64,000 nucleotides of DNA, taken from NCBI RefSeq assembly GCF_902713615.1, contig NC_052149.1:188266593-188330592 (forward strand), written 5' to 3'. A program made the translations under genes and the position numbers. Shown one piece after another: positions 49,190-61,262 of this stretch. The DNA comes from Scyliorhinus canicula (Eukaryota). Position 1 is the stretch's first letter, and every line of letters begins with the position of its first letter. The notes under the pieces were generated by a model. That model was not told the origin of the DNA and searched no databases. It worked only from the letters and a program-made list of their open reading frames with translations.

Positions 49190-49762
49190 GTCTGGATTGT
49201 CTTGCTACAGTTGTATAGAACCTTGGTACGGCCACACTCGGAATATTGCGCACAATTCTGGTCGCCACACTACCGAAAGAGTGTGGAGGCTTTGGAGAGG
49301 GTGCAGAGGAGGTTTACCAGTATGGTCCCTAGTCTGGAGGATGTTAGCTATGTGGAGAGGCGGAGTAGACTCGGACTGTTTTCTTTAGAATGACAGAAAT
49401 AGAGGGGTGACCTGATAGAAGTCTACAAGATTATGAGAGGCAGGGATAGAGTGGATGGGTAGGCACTCTTCACCAGGGGGCATAGGTTTGAGTTCTGTGG
49501 GGCAAAGTTTAGAGGAGATGTGCGAGGTATGTTTTTTTACGCAGAGGGTGGTCAGTACCTGGAACACACCACCCGGGGAGGTTGTGGAAGCAGATATATT
49601 AACAGCGTTCAAAAAGCTCGACAAACACATGGATAGGATGGGTATAGAGGGATACGGCACTAGGAAGCGCTGAGGGTTTCGGCCAAGGGTGGTATCATGA
49701 CCGGAACAGGCTTGGAGGGCCGAAGGGCCTGTTCCTGTGCTGTATTGTTCTTTGTTCTTTGT
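49190..49762 (+). mobile_element. CR1 LINE 3' fragment
   Basis: LQLYRTLVRPHSEYCAQFWSPHY..ALERVQRRFT..LGLFSLE; tail GAGGGCCGAAGGGCCTGTTCCTGTGCTGTA(TTGTTCT)n. Confidence 0.9.
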
Positions 49763-50173
49763 TGGATTAGGGGCTATTCAACAGCTGACCTTAGGTTTCA
49801 TTTAAATGAAACAGTCGAGGGCGTATCCCCAAGCAGTCTGCCAAGTAAACAAGTTTTTAAAAGAACTCTAGGCCCTGAAAATAAAAATAAAAGAGCCTTT
49901 GCTTGCTGCTAGTTTATACTAGGTTATCAAATATGTATAAAAAGGAGTAAAAAGCAAAGTACTGCAGATGCTGGAATCTGAAATTGAAAATGCCGGAAAA
50001 TCTCAGCTGGCCTGACAGCATCTGTGGAGAGAGAGAAGGGATTCTGACTCAAAACATTAGCTCTATTCTCGCTCTACGATTCTGTCAGAGCTGCTGAAAT
50101 TGTCCAGCATTTTCTGTTTTTGTGCAAAATTAGGGTTGTCCGATTCGGGGTAAACGCAGATGGAATGCCTCCC

Positions 50174-51398
50174 TGTGGCGCTAACAATTGCACACAAAGA
50201 CTCAAGACATGTACAATCAAGGCTTTATTGCTGTGTGATGCTATTCCTCCAGCGGAAGCTTTAGAATAGGATCTCTGTGACTCACACGCATATTTATACA
50301 CAAGCACCCTGTGGGCGGAGGTAGCCGGCAGGGGCTTACCGGAGGAACCTGTATTACAGGTACAGCCATACATCCCCCTACTGCAAGTACACATATCTAC
50401 AGTGGTTATATCACCACATTCACCCCCTGTAAAAAATGAGTCCGGCGGGGGTGACGTGTAACTATAATACAAAGGATGACCTATATGCAAAAGGGTTCAA
50501 ACAAAGAAAAGCAAGAGTCCATCCGGTTAGCAGGTTACAGGTTGAGCCGAATCGGCGGTCGAACATTCTGCTGTGATCGGCGTAGCTGTGGTGGCGACGT
50601 CGGCACAGGCGGTGATGGCAACGATGGTGCAGGTGCTAGCGGGATGACTCAGAGAGTGAGCCAAAATCTTCCGTGTCCTCCAGTGTGGGCAGGGGGACGA
50701 GGGATGGACCTGGTGGGGACGAATACGGGGGCGCCGGGGAAAGAGAGGGTGGCGCGGGGGGGGAAAGGTGCGTGGGCATGGGATCAGCACCTGAGGAAGC
50801 CAGGTCCTGGAGCGAGACTGTGTCCTGGCGGCCGTCGGGGAACTCCACGTAGGCATACTGAGGGTTGGCGTGGAGTAGGCGTACTTTGTCCACCAGTGGT
50901 TACTTCCGTCTTGTGGTGCCGGACATGCCTATGGAGAAGGACTGGGCCCGGAGTCGTGAGCCAAGTCTTGAGTGCAGGAGTTGTCTTTTTTGAGCCTCCG
51001 TCGGGGGAGGGTCCGCTGAAGAGATGTAGGCCTCGAAGACTGCAAGCCAGTGAACAAAGTCTTTCCTGGCGTGAGGCGACTGCGGATCCAGCTGCAGACA
51101 GTCAGGCTTGATCCTAATGTCCATGGTGTAAGGAAAATCACACAGCAATAAATTGTGCTGCTAACAATTGCACACAAAGATTCGAGACATGTACAATCGA
51201 GGCTTTATTGCTGTGTGATGCTATTCCTCCGGCGGCAGCTGTAGAATAGGATCTCAGTGACTCACACGCATAGTTATACACAAGCTCCCTGTGGGCGGAG
51301 CTAGCCGGCAGGGGCTTACCGGAGGAACCTGTATTACAGGTACAGCCATACATTCCCCTACTGCAAGAACACATATCTACAGTGGTTATATCACCACA
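50174..51398 (-). mobile_element. Internally deleted Gypsy element (E3), same lineage as E1 and E2
   Basis: LTRs 51154-51398 (5') and 50174-50418 (3'); TSD CTCCC at 50169-50173 and 51399-51403; gag start MDIRIKPDCLQLDPQ joined to an integrase tail LLHANPQYAYVEFPDGRQDTVSL; PPT ACAGGGGGTGAA. Confidence 0.94.
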
Positions 51399-52289
51399 CT
51401 CCCTCAAATCAGCAATGAGGATTTCACACTACAATATGGCAACTGAAGCTCTTAGCTAAAGACTTTCTTCTCTTCCTATTTTTCCAGTTTCTGTCAACTC
51501 TCAGACTCACTTAAGGTTTTACCCCATTTCCAGGAGATGGATTCATCCCAATCAATATTTTATTTTAAACTGGAAGAGAAAAACAGTGATGATTGAAACA
51601 TGTGATTAGCACCATAAACACCCGAAGAAAAGTTGTGTCTGGTTTCAAATCGGGCTATAGCATCATTGCAAAGTTGATAAAGTGAGGAAAAATCAACTCA
51701 AGCTCTAAATTGGCAACTTGGTGTTTAGTTTGCAATGCTGCGATCTGTCGTGCGAATATAACAGGATGTAGGTACAGCAGTCCTGTTTTCTGGCAATTGC
51801 AGAATGTCGTTTGTGCTCAAACTCTTGCAAAAGCATTTAAATTTTGCACAGAAATTAATTGGAGCCTTTTTTGTGCAGATCACACCAACCAGTAAAATGT
51901 ACCATTATTTGTAAACTCCGAAGAACTGACTTTCTGTGGTTGATTTTATGTTCAACTGCAGCGACAACAACCCTGAAATCATTTTGCAGCTTACAATTTC
52001 TAGCTGAAAATTACCAATTAGATTTGTTGCTGATGTTGTTTCTAAGGGCTGGAATTTTCATAACGCCCAGAAGTTAGAACCAAACCAAACATGACCCCAC
52101 TGTGCAGATGTTAATTCCTCCCCCAAATTTCTTGTGAATGTTATTATATTATGCCCAAATGAAAAAAAGGGCATAAATCAGTCGAAGTGGCGTAAACAAA
52201 TGTAGCCCAAGGAAAGTGTCAAACTCACACCATATATTCCTTCATTAAGTTTGAAAATTCAGGTTTCAAGTCATTTAACCACTGTTTGT

Positions 52290-52916
52290 GCGCAGTAAAC
52301 TGACTGGGAATGGGTGCCGGCATGTGGTGCAGCGTGGGAGTTCGGCTGCTCTCCTGGTGGGGGTGGTGGGGGCGGGGCTTCACGGGTGTGTGGGAGGTGG
52401 ATTGGTACCAGGGGCAGATTGCTGCCTACTCACCCTGGCCACCCCGAGGAGGTCATACAGTTTCTTGTTCGGTCCAGACGGTGTTGTTGGTGGCGCTAAC
52501 CGCCTCCGCCACCTGAGACCAGGCATGGCAAATGGCGGCAGCTGGCAGCCACCTTCCCAGGCAAGGATACAGGGTGGCCTTCCTCTCCTCCACCGTGTCC
52601 AGGACGGTATCAAGCTCGGCGTCAGTTAACTGTGTTGCCGCCCATCTTGCTGCCAACGTCTTGGCTGGGATGGTGTGTGTGTGGGGAATGAAGTGTGTAT
52701 CTGTAGCTGCCGCTTGCCAGTCTCCTGGGTGTCAATCGTGAACCCGACGAATCCGGCACCATTTCTCATTGGAATCGATTCCGTTCCACCTGGCGCCAGT
52801 TCTAGCCCTTAACAGTTGCTGAATCGATCCAGGTGCTTCACCAGTTTTGCTGTCATGGAAATGCACAAATCCTGCCCCGGCATCAACGCTTAGTCTCAGG
52901 AACGGAGAATCCAGCC
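52290..52916 (-). mobile_element. Harbinger end fragment carrying the Myb/SANT N-terminus
   Basis: MAARWAATQLTDAELDTVLDTVEERKATLYP..AWSQVAEAVSA..KKLYDL; GTGAG donor; terminus GGAGAATCCAGCC. Confidence 0.78.
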
Positions 52917-53406
52917 GAGTATGTCTCAATAAAATTGCTTCCCCTTCTTCCAAACAAATAGGTCATTATGTTTTAAAGGTCCCAGGCTCCAACTGACTTT
53001 AAAAGGATCTCTACTTCCTGCCCCACCAGTGTGAATCTTCCAATGTCCTTTTGAACAAAGTCTGCTTGACTCAACCCTTTAGGCATAATTAAATACAATT
53101 CCTGTAGCAAGTGGTGATTCTGTGGCCTTTAGCTCTTCACAGGCCTGGTTTCTTTGGCCCTGGAATCAGTCCTCACCAGTACTTTGCTTGATGGTCAACT
53201 CAAACAGTCCTTTCCTTCTCACACCCAGTTCCAGTCCCAATCTTCAAGTTTCCCTGTCTGATTGCTTTCCTGTGCTTCCAAAAAGACACGATCCTTTATG
53301 AGTTACTCTGCTAACATATTAAAACCTGCACCTTACTTTCGATAGGTTTTGACCATGGCAACAGGTCACAAGTGCTCGTCTCTGGGCACATTTCATGGGA
53401 GGTTGC

Positions 53407-53654
53407 TGTAACAGCCTGAACGGGGTTAATGAGATGTGAATAATTCTCTTCTCCATGGCCCTTATAGAGTATGAGTTCCCCCCCTAGGGGCAGGAGATCT
53501 CTATTGGCCTCTGTATAAAAAGTTTGACCAGTAAAGCAGCGATCAGAAATGAACCTGATAGGGATCTACCATGCTGTGTATATATATCGTGTTGTAAATA
53601 AAAAAATTGTTTCTTTATTTTTATTCCGTGTTGACTTCCTGGATCCTTATTAAA
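53407..53654 (+). mobile_element. Solo LTR
   Basis: Starts TGTAA; TATAAAA and AATAAA; TSD GTTGC at 53402-53406 and 53655-53659 (terminal CA mutated). Confidence 0.75.
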
Positions 53655-54589
53655 GTTGCATTCCCCAGGCCAAACTACTCGATTATACCTTGAATTAGAA
53701 GAGACAGTTTGAAACATAACCATCTTATATCATCCGGTGGACATTAAAGTATGTTCAGCAAGAGTCAATGGATAATCAGAAAGGATTAGGGAAATCACAG
53801 ATCAAGCCATACCATACCTGTGTACATATCTCAGTTACTCTCAAAATTCCATAATCTTTTAGGCTGCAATATGTAATTTGAAGTCTAATTGCACATGTCT
53901 CTGGACACAAATACGGGGAAATTCCAGAGCTGATTGAAGGCTGAAATGTATACAATTGTTAACTTTCCATGTAAAATGGTGCGGCCTCAGGCACAGTAAA
54001 ATATCTTAAGGGTTTTCCATTTAAAAAACGGTAAAACTTTAGAGTTTGATTTAATGTATTCTGAATAAGCTAATGCAGCTCTAAAACTTATCATTGTGCA
54101 AACAATAATCCACAAATAGTTTGTGCTGAATCACAGTGACTGATACATCATTGCTAGATGAAGTCTAGAATTTAAGCAACATAACAACAGCATTGGAATC
54201 TTGATTAGGAAACTCAGGTTCAAGTACAAGGGCTCAGGTTTTGTGATAAGTGGAACAATAATCCTATCAGCCCTCACTGTTCTTATGGAGCAGTTTGGGC
54301 AGCAATTTCCGGAGTCTGCACAAGTGCAGCTAAATATGGAATTCCAAAAGTTGCTGTTCAGTTTACCCTGTTCCTCCACAAGTTACACTCCACCATCACC
54401 TTGTCAATAGACTCTGCATTGAAATAAATGCCTTTGAACCTGCTATACTTGCCCATTCATTACCCACTAAACACGGCAGAGTAATTTAGAGCTGGTGTTT
54501 TAAAGTGTAAGTGAATTTTTAACGGTGTAAGTGCTTCCAAACAATCTCTCTGGCCTTGAAAATGTAACCATTCAAATGTGGAGTCTCAA

Positions 54590-55354
54590 TTGAGACTCTG
54601 GCTGCAGAGACGGGGCCCGGCACTTCCGGTCAGCAGTCCGCGTATACGCACAGCAAAGGCCGCCCCGTGCGACATGGCGGACCGTCATAGAAAATGTAGG
54701 CACCCCGAGATCTCGCTCGCCTGTGGATCAGTGCTGCCCAATCACTCCCCTAGCCATCCATGAGGCCCCCCCCCCAGGTGATCGATCCCCCCGCACCCCC
54801 ATCAGGGCGACCGCGGGTGGAGTCTGCAGCCACCACGCGAGGTTCCCGACGGCCAATATACGGTTAGAACCACGCCGTCAGAAACTCGGCCAGTTGCGCG
54901 CAGGGAGGGGGCTCTGTCAATGGCCCCTGACCAGTGCCGTGTAGATCGCCCGCTGTGGTGAATGTATTTCACCCAATGGTTCTCTGTCAGGATAATGATG
55001 TGACCCATGACCTGAAAGTGATGATACGGGCTACTTCCAGGTATTGTACTGGAACCCCGGTTGGCTCCGCCTCGGGCTCCGCCCTCACCGGGGCCATATA
55101 TAGACCAGCCACATGTGGGTGGCACTCATTTGTACAGCCGACTCTGGCAGGCGGGTTCATGGATAATAAAGCCCAATGTTCACTCACTCTCATGGTCTCA
55201 CAGTGAATTGATGGTATAACACCCGCGTTCCCGAGCGATTCTCCAGGGACCGGAGAATCGCTTCAGCGGCGGCGGTCACAATTTCCGCGTGAACGCCCAT
55301 TCTCCGCCCCCGTGCCAAATGCAATTTCAGCACGGAGGCTCGGAGAATCCAGCC
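54590..55354. mobile_element. Partial Harbinger-type MITE hosting a solo LTR
   Basis: GC-rich; right terminus GGAGAATCCAGCC. Confidence 0.6.
54954..55221 (+). mobile_element. Solo LTR related to the E1 family
   Basis: TGTGGTGAAT start, GGCTCCGCC repeats, TATATA, AATAAA, GTGAATTGATGG..ACA end; TSD CCCGC at 54949-54953 and 55222-55226. Confidence 0.9.
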
Positions 55355-57750
55355 TCAAATTTCTGAGACTTGAGCCCCTGCCCCCCTCATTAATTTCTTT
55401 TAAGGTTAAAATTCTACCCAGCCCTAGATAACCCCATCCCCACCCCACCCCCACCGATCCCATGAGTCTTAGTGAGGACTCCTCAATCTGATTGGATGAG
55501 GGGACACCTTATGGCTTGTCCTGTTCACATAGATCCTCTGCAGAGGGTGTCACACTAAAAAAGCTGTAAATTGTGGCTCTAAAGCACATGAAAAGGCTGT
55601 AACAGCTGGAAATGTGATGCATGGTAATCGCAATGCCACCACTGCTGCCTGTGAAATCTGAGCCGAAGTCAATAAGCAGGAGGAGGGAGCGGCAGTGCTA
55701 ACTGCATTGGTGGATTGATCTTAAAGATAAAAATACTTTCCAGAGTGCTGTCTCTAGTAATTCCTGCTTCTGCTTACTGTTCTGTTCCTCGCATCCAATG
55801 CTTCATTCATAGTAACTTCATTGCAGTGTAGAAACAAAGTAATGTAAATGTAAATATTGAAGAAAGAACTGTAGCTTATAGTAGGATACGTGTGCAACGT
55901 TATCCCAATTGAATTGAAGACAAATGAATGTAACTCAGACGGAAATGTACAGTCAAGGTATTTTGAAATGTTCTGTAAAGATTATGATAAATTTTATGAA
56001 TAAAGTATATTTTTTGAAAAAAAAAACTTCATTGCAGTGTTAATGTAAGCTTACTTGTGACAATAAAGATTATTATTTATTATTATCAACCCCAGCACCT
56101 ACCCCAATTCTTTTGACAAAAGGGTGAATTAAGATTTTAGTGGTAATCCCCAAACACTGTTATCCCAATTCTTTCCTTGCTGGACTCTAATAATCCATAA
56201 CTCAATTGCTCTAAATTACCCTGTATATTGTGTTCCAGATTAGATCCCACTGGTTAAACGTGGCCGAGTCGAGCCAGTCGATGCTGTTCGATCACAGCCC
56301 ACTTTTCAAATCATTCTCATCAGTAATTCCCTTCATGGTCTTACCCTATAAATTCATACAATTTCTCTAGCTGTACATCGCCTTCTAAATACTCCATTCT
56401 GCTGACTCCAGTTTTCTGTGCACCAGTACCCTTCCTTCAACTCACTACTGGTGGTAAAGAGTTCTTTGAAACTCTACAGATCTTGCAATCTTTTTTCTCC
56501 TGCAGCCATAGGAACCCCCCCCCCCCCCCCTCTCTTTCAGACGTGCAGACTGCCTTTAAATTGCATCACAGAGACCCAATTTTGCACTATGTCTCCCAAG
56601 CGGACAGTTAAAAGCAGCGCCGATGTCACTGGCAGCACCATTGTCTCAGTATGATGAACTGCCAGCACCGATTTCACATGGCCCCACGTGAACCCATGCA
56701 TGCCCACCCCGTGCGTGCCTGTTTTCTGTTAGAACTGAAATTTTAGACCTGCATTTTCTGCAAATACATATAGAAAATTGAGAGGGAGCCTGAATTATGA
56801 CAATACATTTTCATCTCTGTGAATCGTTCGGTACAGGAAATTAGAGGATTTTCTTATTGATGTAGAAATTTAGTACCACAGCCTATTAGGTGTCAGAATG
56901 CATGCTCCTTATTATTTATAATGTTAGATGGCACATTGAATATTTTGAAAATAAATTATTGATAGCTTGTTGATACAGAGCAGGGTCTGATTGAAGATGT
57001 ACTCAGTCAATGACCGGGAAATAAATACAGTTATAAAACAGGAGTATAAAAGGACTTAAAATAAAAAGGGATGACTATTAAATATGAATTCAACTGCCTG
57101 GACAGCAAGAGGTCAATAAACATGAATCACACATTCTGAAAGCACACCCTACAACTCAGCAGCTACAGGGATACATACAAGGTGTCAGACAGTATAAATA
57201 AAATCCTTAATTATGAAATTAAACTAAGTCATAATCCCATGTATAAATATATATGTAAAACAGTGGCCACTGTCCAGTGTACTCGACATCCAAAATAAAA
57301 TGGGGAGCTGGGGACAATAATCCATTGTGAGGAACAAAATATAACTAGAGTACCTGAACCATGGCTAAATAAGGGTGAGCTCTGGCAACTAAATATTACT
57401 GGTTTGAACAATCATAAAGGAATAATAAGGAAGATTGGGAGGTGGGTAGAATAACTGTACTGATTAGAGATAGCACAATGGCAATAGAAAAAATGGACAT
57501 AACGAACAGAGGGCTACTTAAAGAAACCATATGGATTGAAATAAAAGATAAGGGATTGATCATGCTAATAGTGTATACTCCAGATAACCCAAGGATGGGC
57601 CGGTGGTAGAGGAAGGAATGTGGGAAATGATTAAAGTTCAGAGAATAACAATCACGGGAACTTTTAACAACCTCATATAAACTTGCATTCAGAAACAGAA
57701 AAATAGGTACAGGGAATATGCTTTTACAATATGTGCAAGGCTCCTTTCTC

Positions 57751-58489
57751 GGGCGCGATTCTCCGCTCCCCAGGCCGGGTGGGAGAATCGCGGGAGGGCC
57801 GCTCTGGCACCCCCTGCGATTCTCCCACCCCCCCCCCAAAATGGCGTGTCGCGTTTTGCAACACGTCGCTCTGAGAATCGTGGGCCGCCGTTTTTCACGG
57901 CGGCCCGCGATTCTCCGACCCGGATGGGCCGAGCGGCCTGCCGTTCCCGACTGGTTCACGCCAGCGGCAACCACACCTGGTCACTGCCGGCGTGAATATG
58001 GCGCCGACAGCTGTTTTGTGGCTTGTGGGGGGCAGAGAGGGGAATGATCACCACGACTGTGCTCGGGAGGGGACTGGCCCACGATCGGTGCCCACCGATC
58101 GTTGGGCCGGCGTCTCAAAGGGACGCACTCTTTCCCCTCCACCGCTTCGCAAGATCAAACCACCACGTCTTGCGGAGCAGCGGAGGGGAAAACGGCAACC
58201 GCGAATGCGTGGGTTCGAGCCGTCATCCGGCGTGACGTCAGCCGCGCATGCGCGGGTTGGAGCCGGCCAACCCGCGCATGCGCAGCTGACGTCATTAGGC
58301 GTGTCGGCCGCGTCATTCTCGGCGCACCGGGCCTTGACGCCAGCGACAATGCCCGGCGGCCGAGATTCACGGCACGGCCCTCCTACCCCCCCGGCGGGGG
58401 GAGAATTGGGGGCCAGGAGCGGCCTCCGACATCGTCGTGAACCTCTCCAGGTTTCACGACGGCGTCGGGCCTGGCGGAGAATTCCGCCC
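57751..58489. mobile_element. Harbinger-type MITE inserted in a CR1 endonuclease remnant (~57280-58560)
   Basis: Termini GGGCGCGATTCTCC / GGAGAATTCCGCCC; colinear with 63149-63839. Confidence 0.85.
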
Positions 58490-59738
58490 TTCGTCTAGTA
58501 TGTAAAACACCAAACTAGGAAGGAAGCACTGATGGATTAAATTAATAAGAACAAATGTATTCTTTCTACTTTTCAAGTAAAAGTAGAAACTACGGTGAGC
58601 ATGAAAAAACAGGAACAGACTGTTCAGCTCCTCAAATCTGTTACATCATTCTGTTAGATCAGGTCTGATCTGCACTCAATTCCAGAAACAGCAAATGAAG
58701 AGGACACTCAGTGTGCATCCCTCCACCACACTGTGTTAACTCAATGTTATTACAATTGCACAGCTCTTCTTTCAAAAATAAAATCAGATTTTTTTTGTGA
58801 AGAGCCTCATCTCACTCAGAAGGCTTTGACTAATCCACATCCAACACCCTGCTCTGAAAGCGCTGCTCACACTTTGACAACTGTAACAAATTTCATAATA
58901 TCCTAAAACAACCAACAACATTATAAGTAAAGCAATCAACAACAATCCAAACAAAATTTATTTTGCCCCATCTCCCAATGTTAATGTAAGGATCCTTAAA
59001 AAAATTTCCAGGACCTTCAGCAAAAACTAGTCAGTTCTTCCTTCACCCATACCTTACCTATGTGACATTAGATTTTTTTTTACAAGTCAAAACATTGAGT
59101 GGAATTTTACGGCTCCTTCCATCATCAAAATCCTGTGGTCCCACCTCAGTCAATGGGCTTTGGAATGGCTCGCAGCGTTTTACTGCCCTGCCTCTGCACA
59201 ACAGGGCTGTAAAATTCCAACTATTATGTGGTTGGAGATAGCAGGTCTGTCAGCATCGATGACAAGAGAAACCAGTATTGGTCTAGAATGCATACATTAA
59301 TTTGCCTTTTCCCTTTCCTGATGCTAACTAACCTGCCGTTCATTTAAGGTTTTCAATTTAGCTTAACGTAATTGGCTGGCTGTATTTAAAAAAATCTTTT
59401 GTTATATACATATTGTGTAATCTGTAGTTTTAACAAAACTCTCTTTCAGCCACACATGTTAAGGTGAGAAAGAGTGAACTGACTCACCTCTAATCAGCCT
59501 CCTCGGTTGGTCACAACAAAGGTTTCAAATTTCAAAACTCTTTTTGAGAAGGATATACCTTTTCTGAATCCATAAGTATTTAACTATTTATTCAGTGAAC
59601 AATAAGGAGCCAAATCAGACTGGACTTCCTGGAGTTAAATAAAAAATACATTTAGTAACATCAAGCCAGAGAGAAAAAATAATAAGAAAAATGCCACACT
59701 GCACACACAGGTTAGGGTTAGGGCAGAAATGAGGGAAG

Positions 59739-59960
59739 CTGGGTAGCACGCTGGCACAGTGGCTATCATTGCTGCCTATGGCGCTGAGGATCCGGGTTCG
59801 AATCCCCACCCTGGGTCACTGTCCCTGTGGAGTTTGCATGTTCTCCCCATGTCTGCGTGGCTTTCACCCCCACAACCCAAAGATGTGCAGGATAGGTGGA
59901 CTGGCCACGCTAAATTGCCCACAATTGGAAAATATAATTGGATACTCTAAAAAAAAATTT
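59739..59960 (+). mobile_element. HE1-type SINE (short form)
   Basis: A-box, GGTTCGAATCC B-box, family core. Confidence 0.83.
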
Positions 59961-61015
59961 TAAGAAATAAGGGAAGCTAGATTCCAATTTAAAAATGTAC
60001 AGTTAGGTGTCTTGTCCTTGAGATGTAGATTGTTTTTTTACACATTGTGGCCATTTTGGCAAGTTGGTTTTGTGGATGCAGGCAGGTGTGGAAGATGTTA
60101 CCATTGTCATGAGATATCAGTTTGCGAATAGTTTTCTCATAAAGTTGTCTTCTGAACTGGTTAATACATTTATTCCAAGAGAGAGAGAGGGTACAACTTT
60201 TCAGCCAGTTTCCTCTGCTGAAAACATTCTTGACATTCCCTGTGTCACTTGCAATCTCTCTGCAGTGACTGCAGGCTGGCCTCTTATACTTCATTTACTG
60301 TGTATTTCCAAGGGGCTTTGAGTGGGTCTGTCTGTGGCTGCCATTGTTTCAATATCCAGCACTTTACACTTTAATGTCACCTCCTTAGTGATAGATTTTG
60401 ATGGATCTTTGAATTGTAAGGATTGTCCCTCTCTTCACACTCCCCTGAAGGTTCTTTGTTTGATTTTTAACCTTCACCTTTGGAGGTGGGTCTTGCCATT
60501 TTAATTAGCTTGTTCAGTTTCGTTTCAAATTGCAAAATTTCCAGTCATTTGAAAGTTGAAGTCATGTTTTCAAAATTAAAAGGGAACTGCCTCATGCCAC
60601 ACATACAGATAAGAGAACATGGCACTTAGTTGAATGCACACCTCCCCCGTTTAATGTTAACTCAATATTATTGCAATTATGCTGTTCTTCTTGAGGTTTT
60701 TCCCTACCTGTTTGAGGTTCTGTAACTGTAAAACTGAAAAAAGTATTTTTCTTTAAAAAAAGAGCTTCCCTCTCACTGTGGAAGGGTCACTCGGTTAAAA
60801 AAAATCCAACAAATTGCCCTGAAAACTCTGCTCACATTTTGACAGCTGTGACAAATTCCAGCTAGCAGCAGATAAAATCCACAACATTGTAAAGCAATTA
60901 ATGTTCTAAACAAAACCACATTTCCCAATGTTAACGGATCCTTTTAGAAATTCCAGGAACCAGAACCTGCCGTTTATCTGATCCAAAAACTAATCAGTTC
61001 TTCCCTGAATGGTGC

Positions 61016-61262
61016 AGGACAGCAGGGCAGTGGTTAGCACTTATGCCTCATGGCGCCGAGGTCCCAGATTCGATTCCGGCTCTGAGTCACTGTACGTGTG
61101 GAATTTGCACATTGTCCCCATGTTTGCATGGGTTTCACCCCCACAACCCAAAGATGTGCAGTGTAGGTGGCAGTGAAGTTGTGGCAGTGTAGGTGGATTG
61201 GCCACACTAAAATTGCCCCTTAATTGGAAAAAAATGAATTGGGTACTCTAAATTTATTTTTT
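61016..61262 (+). mobile_element. HE1-type SINE (short form)
   Basis: A and B boxes, family core and tail. Confidence 0.8.

Noticed and set aside
60002-60500. Selenoprotein or recoded-TGA interpretation of the frame with five TGA stops
   Set aside because: I recognise no SECIS element or selenoprotein motif; CGA>TGA decay in a pseudogene, or chance, is simpler.
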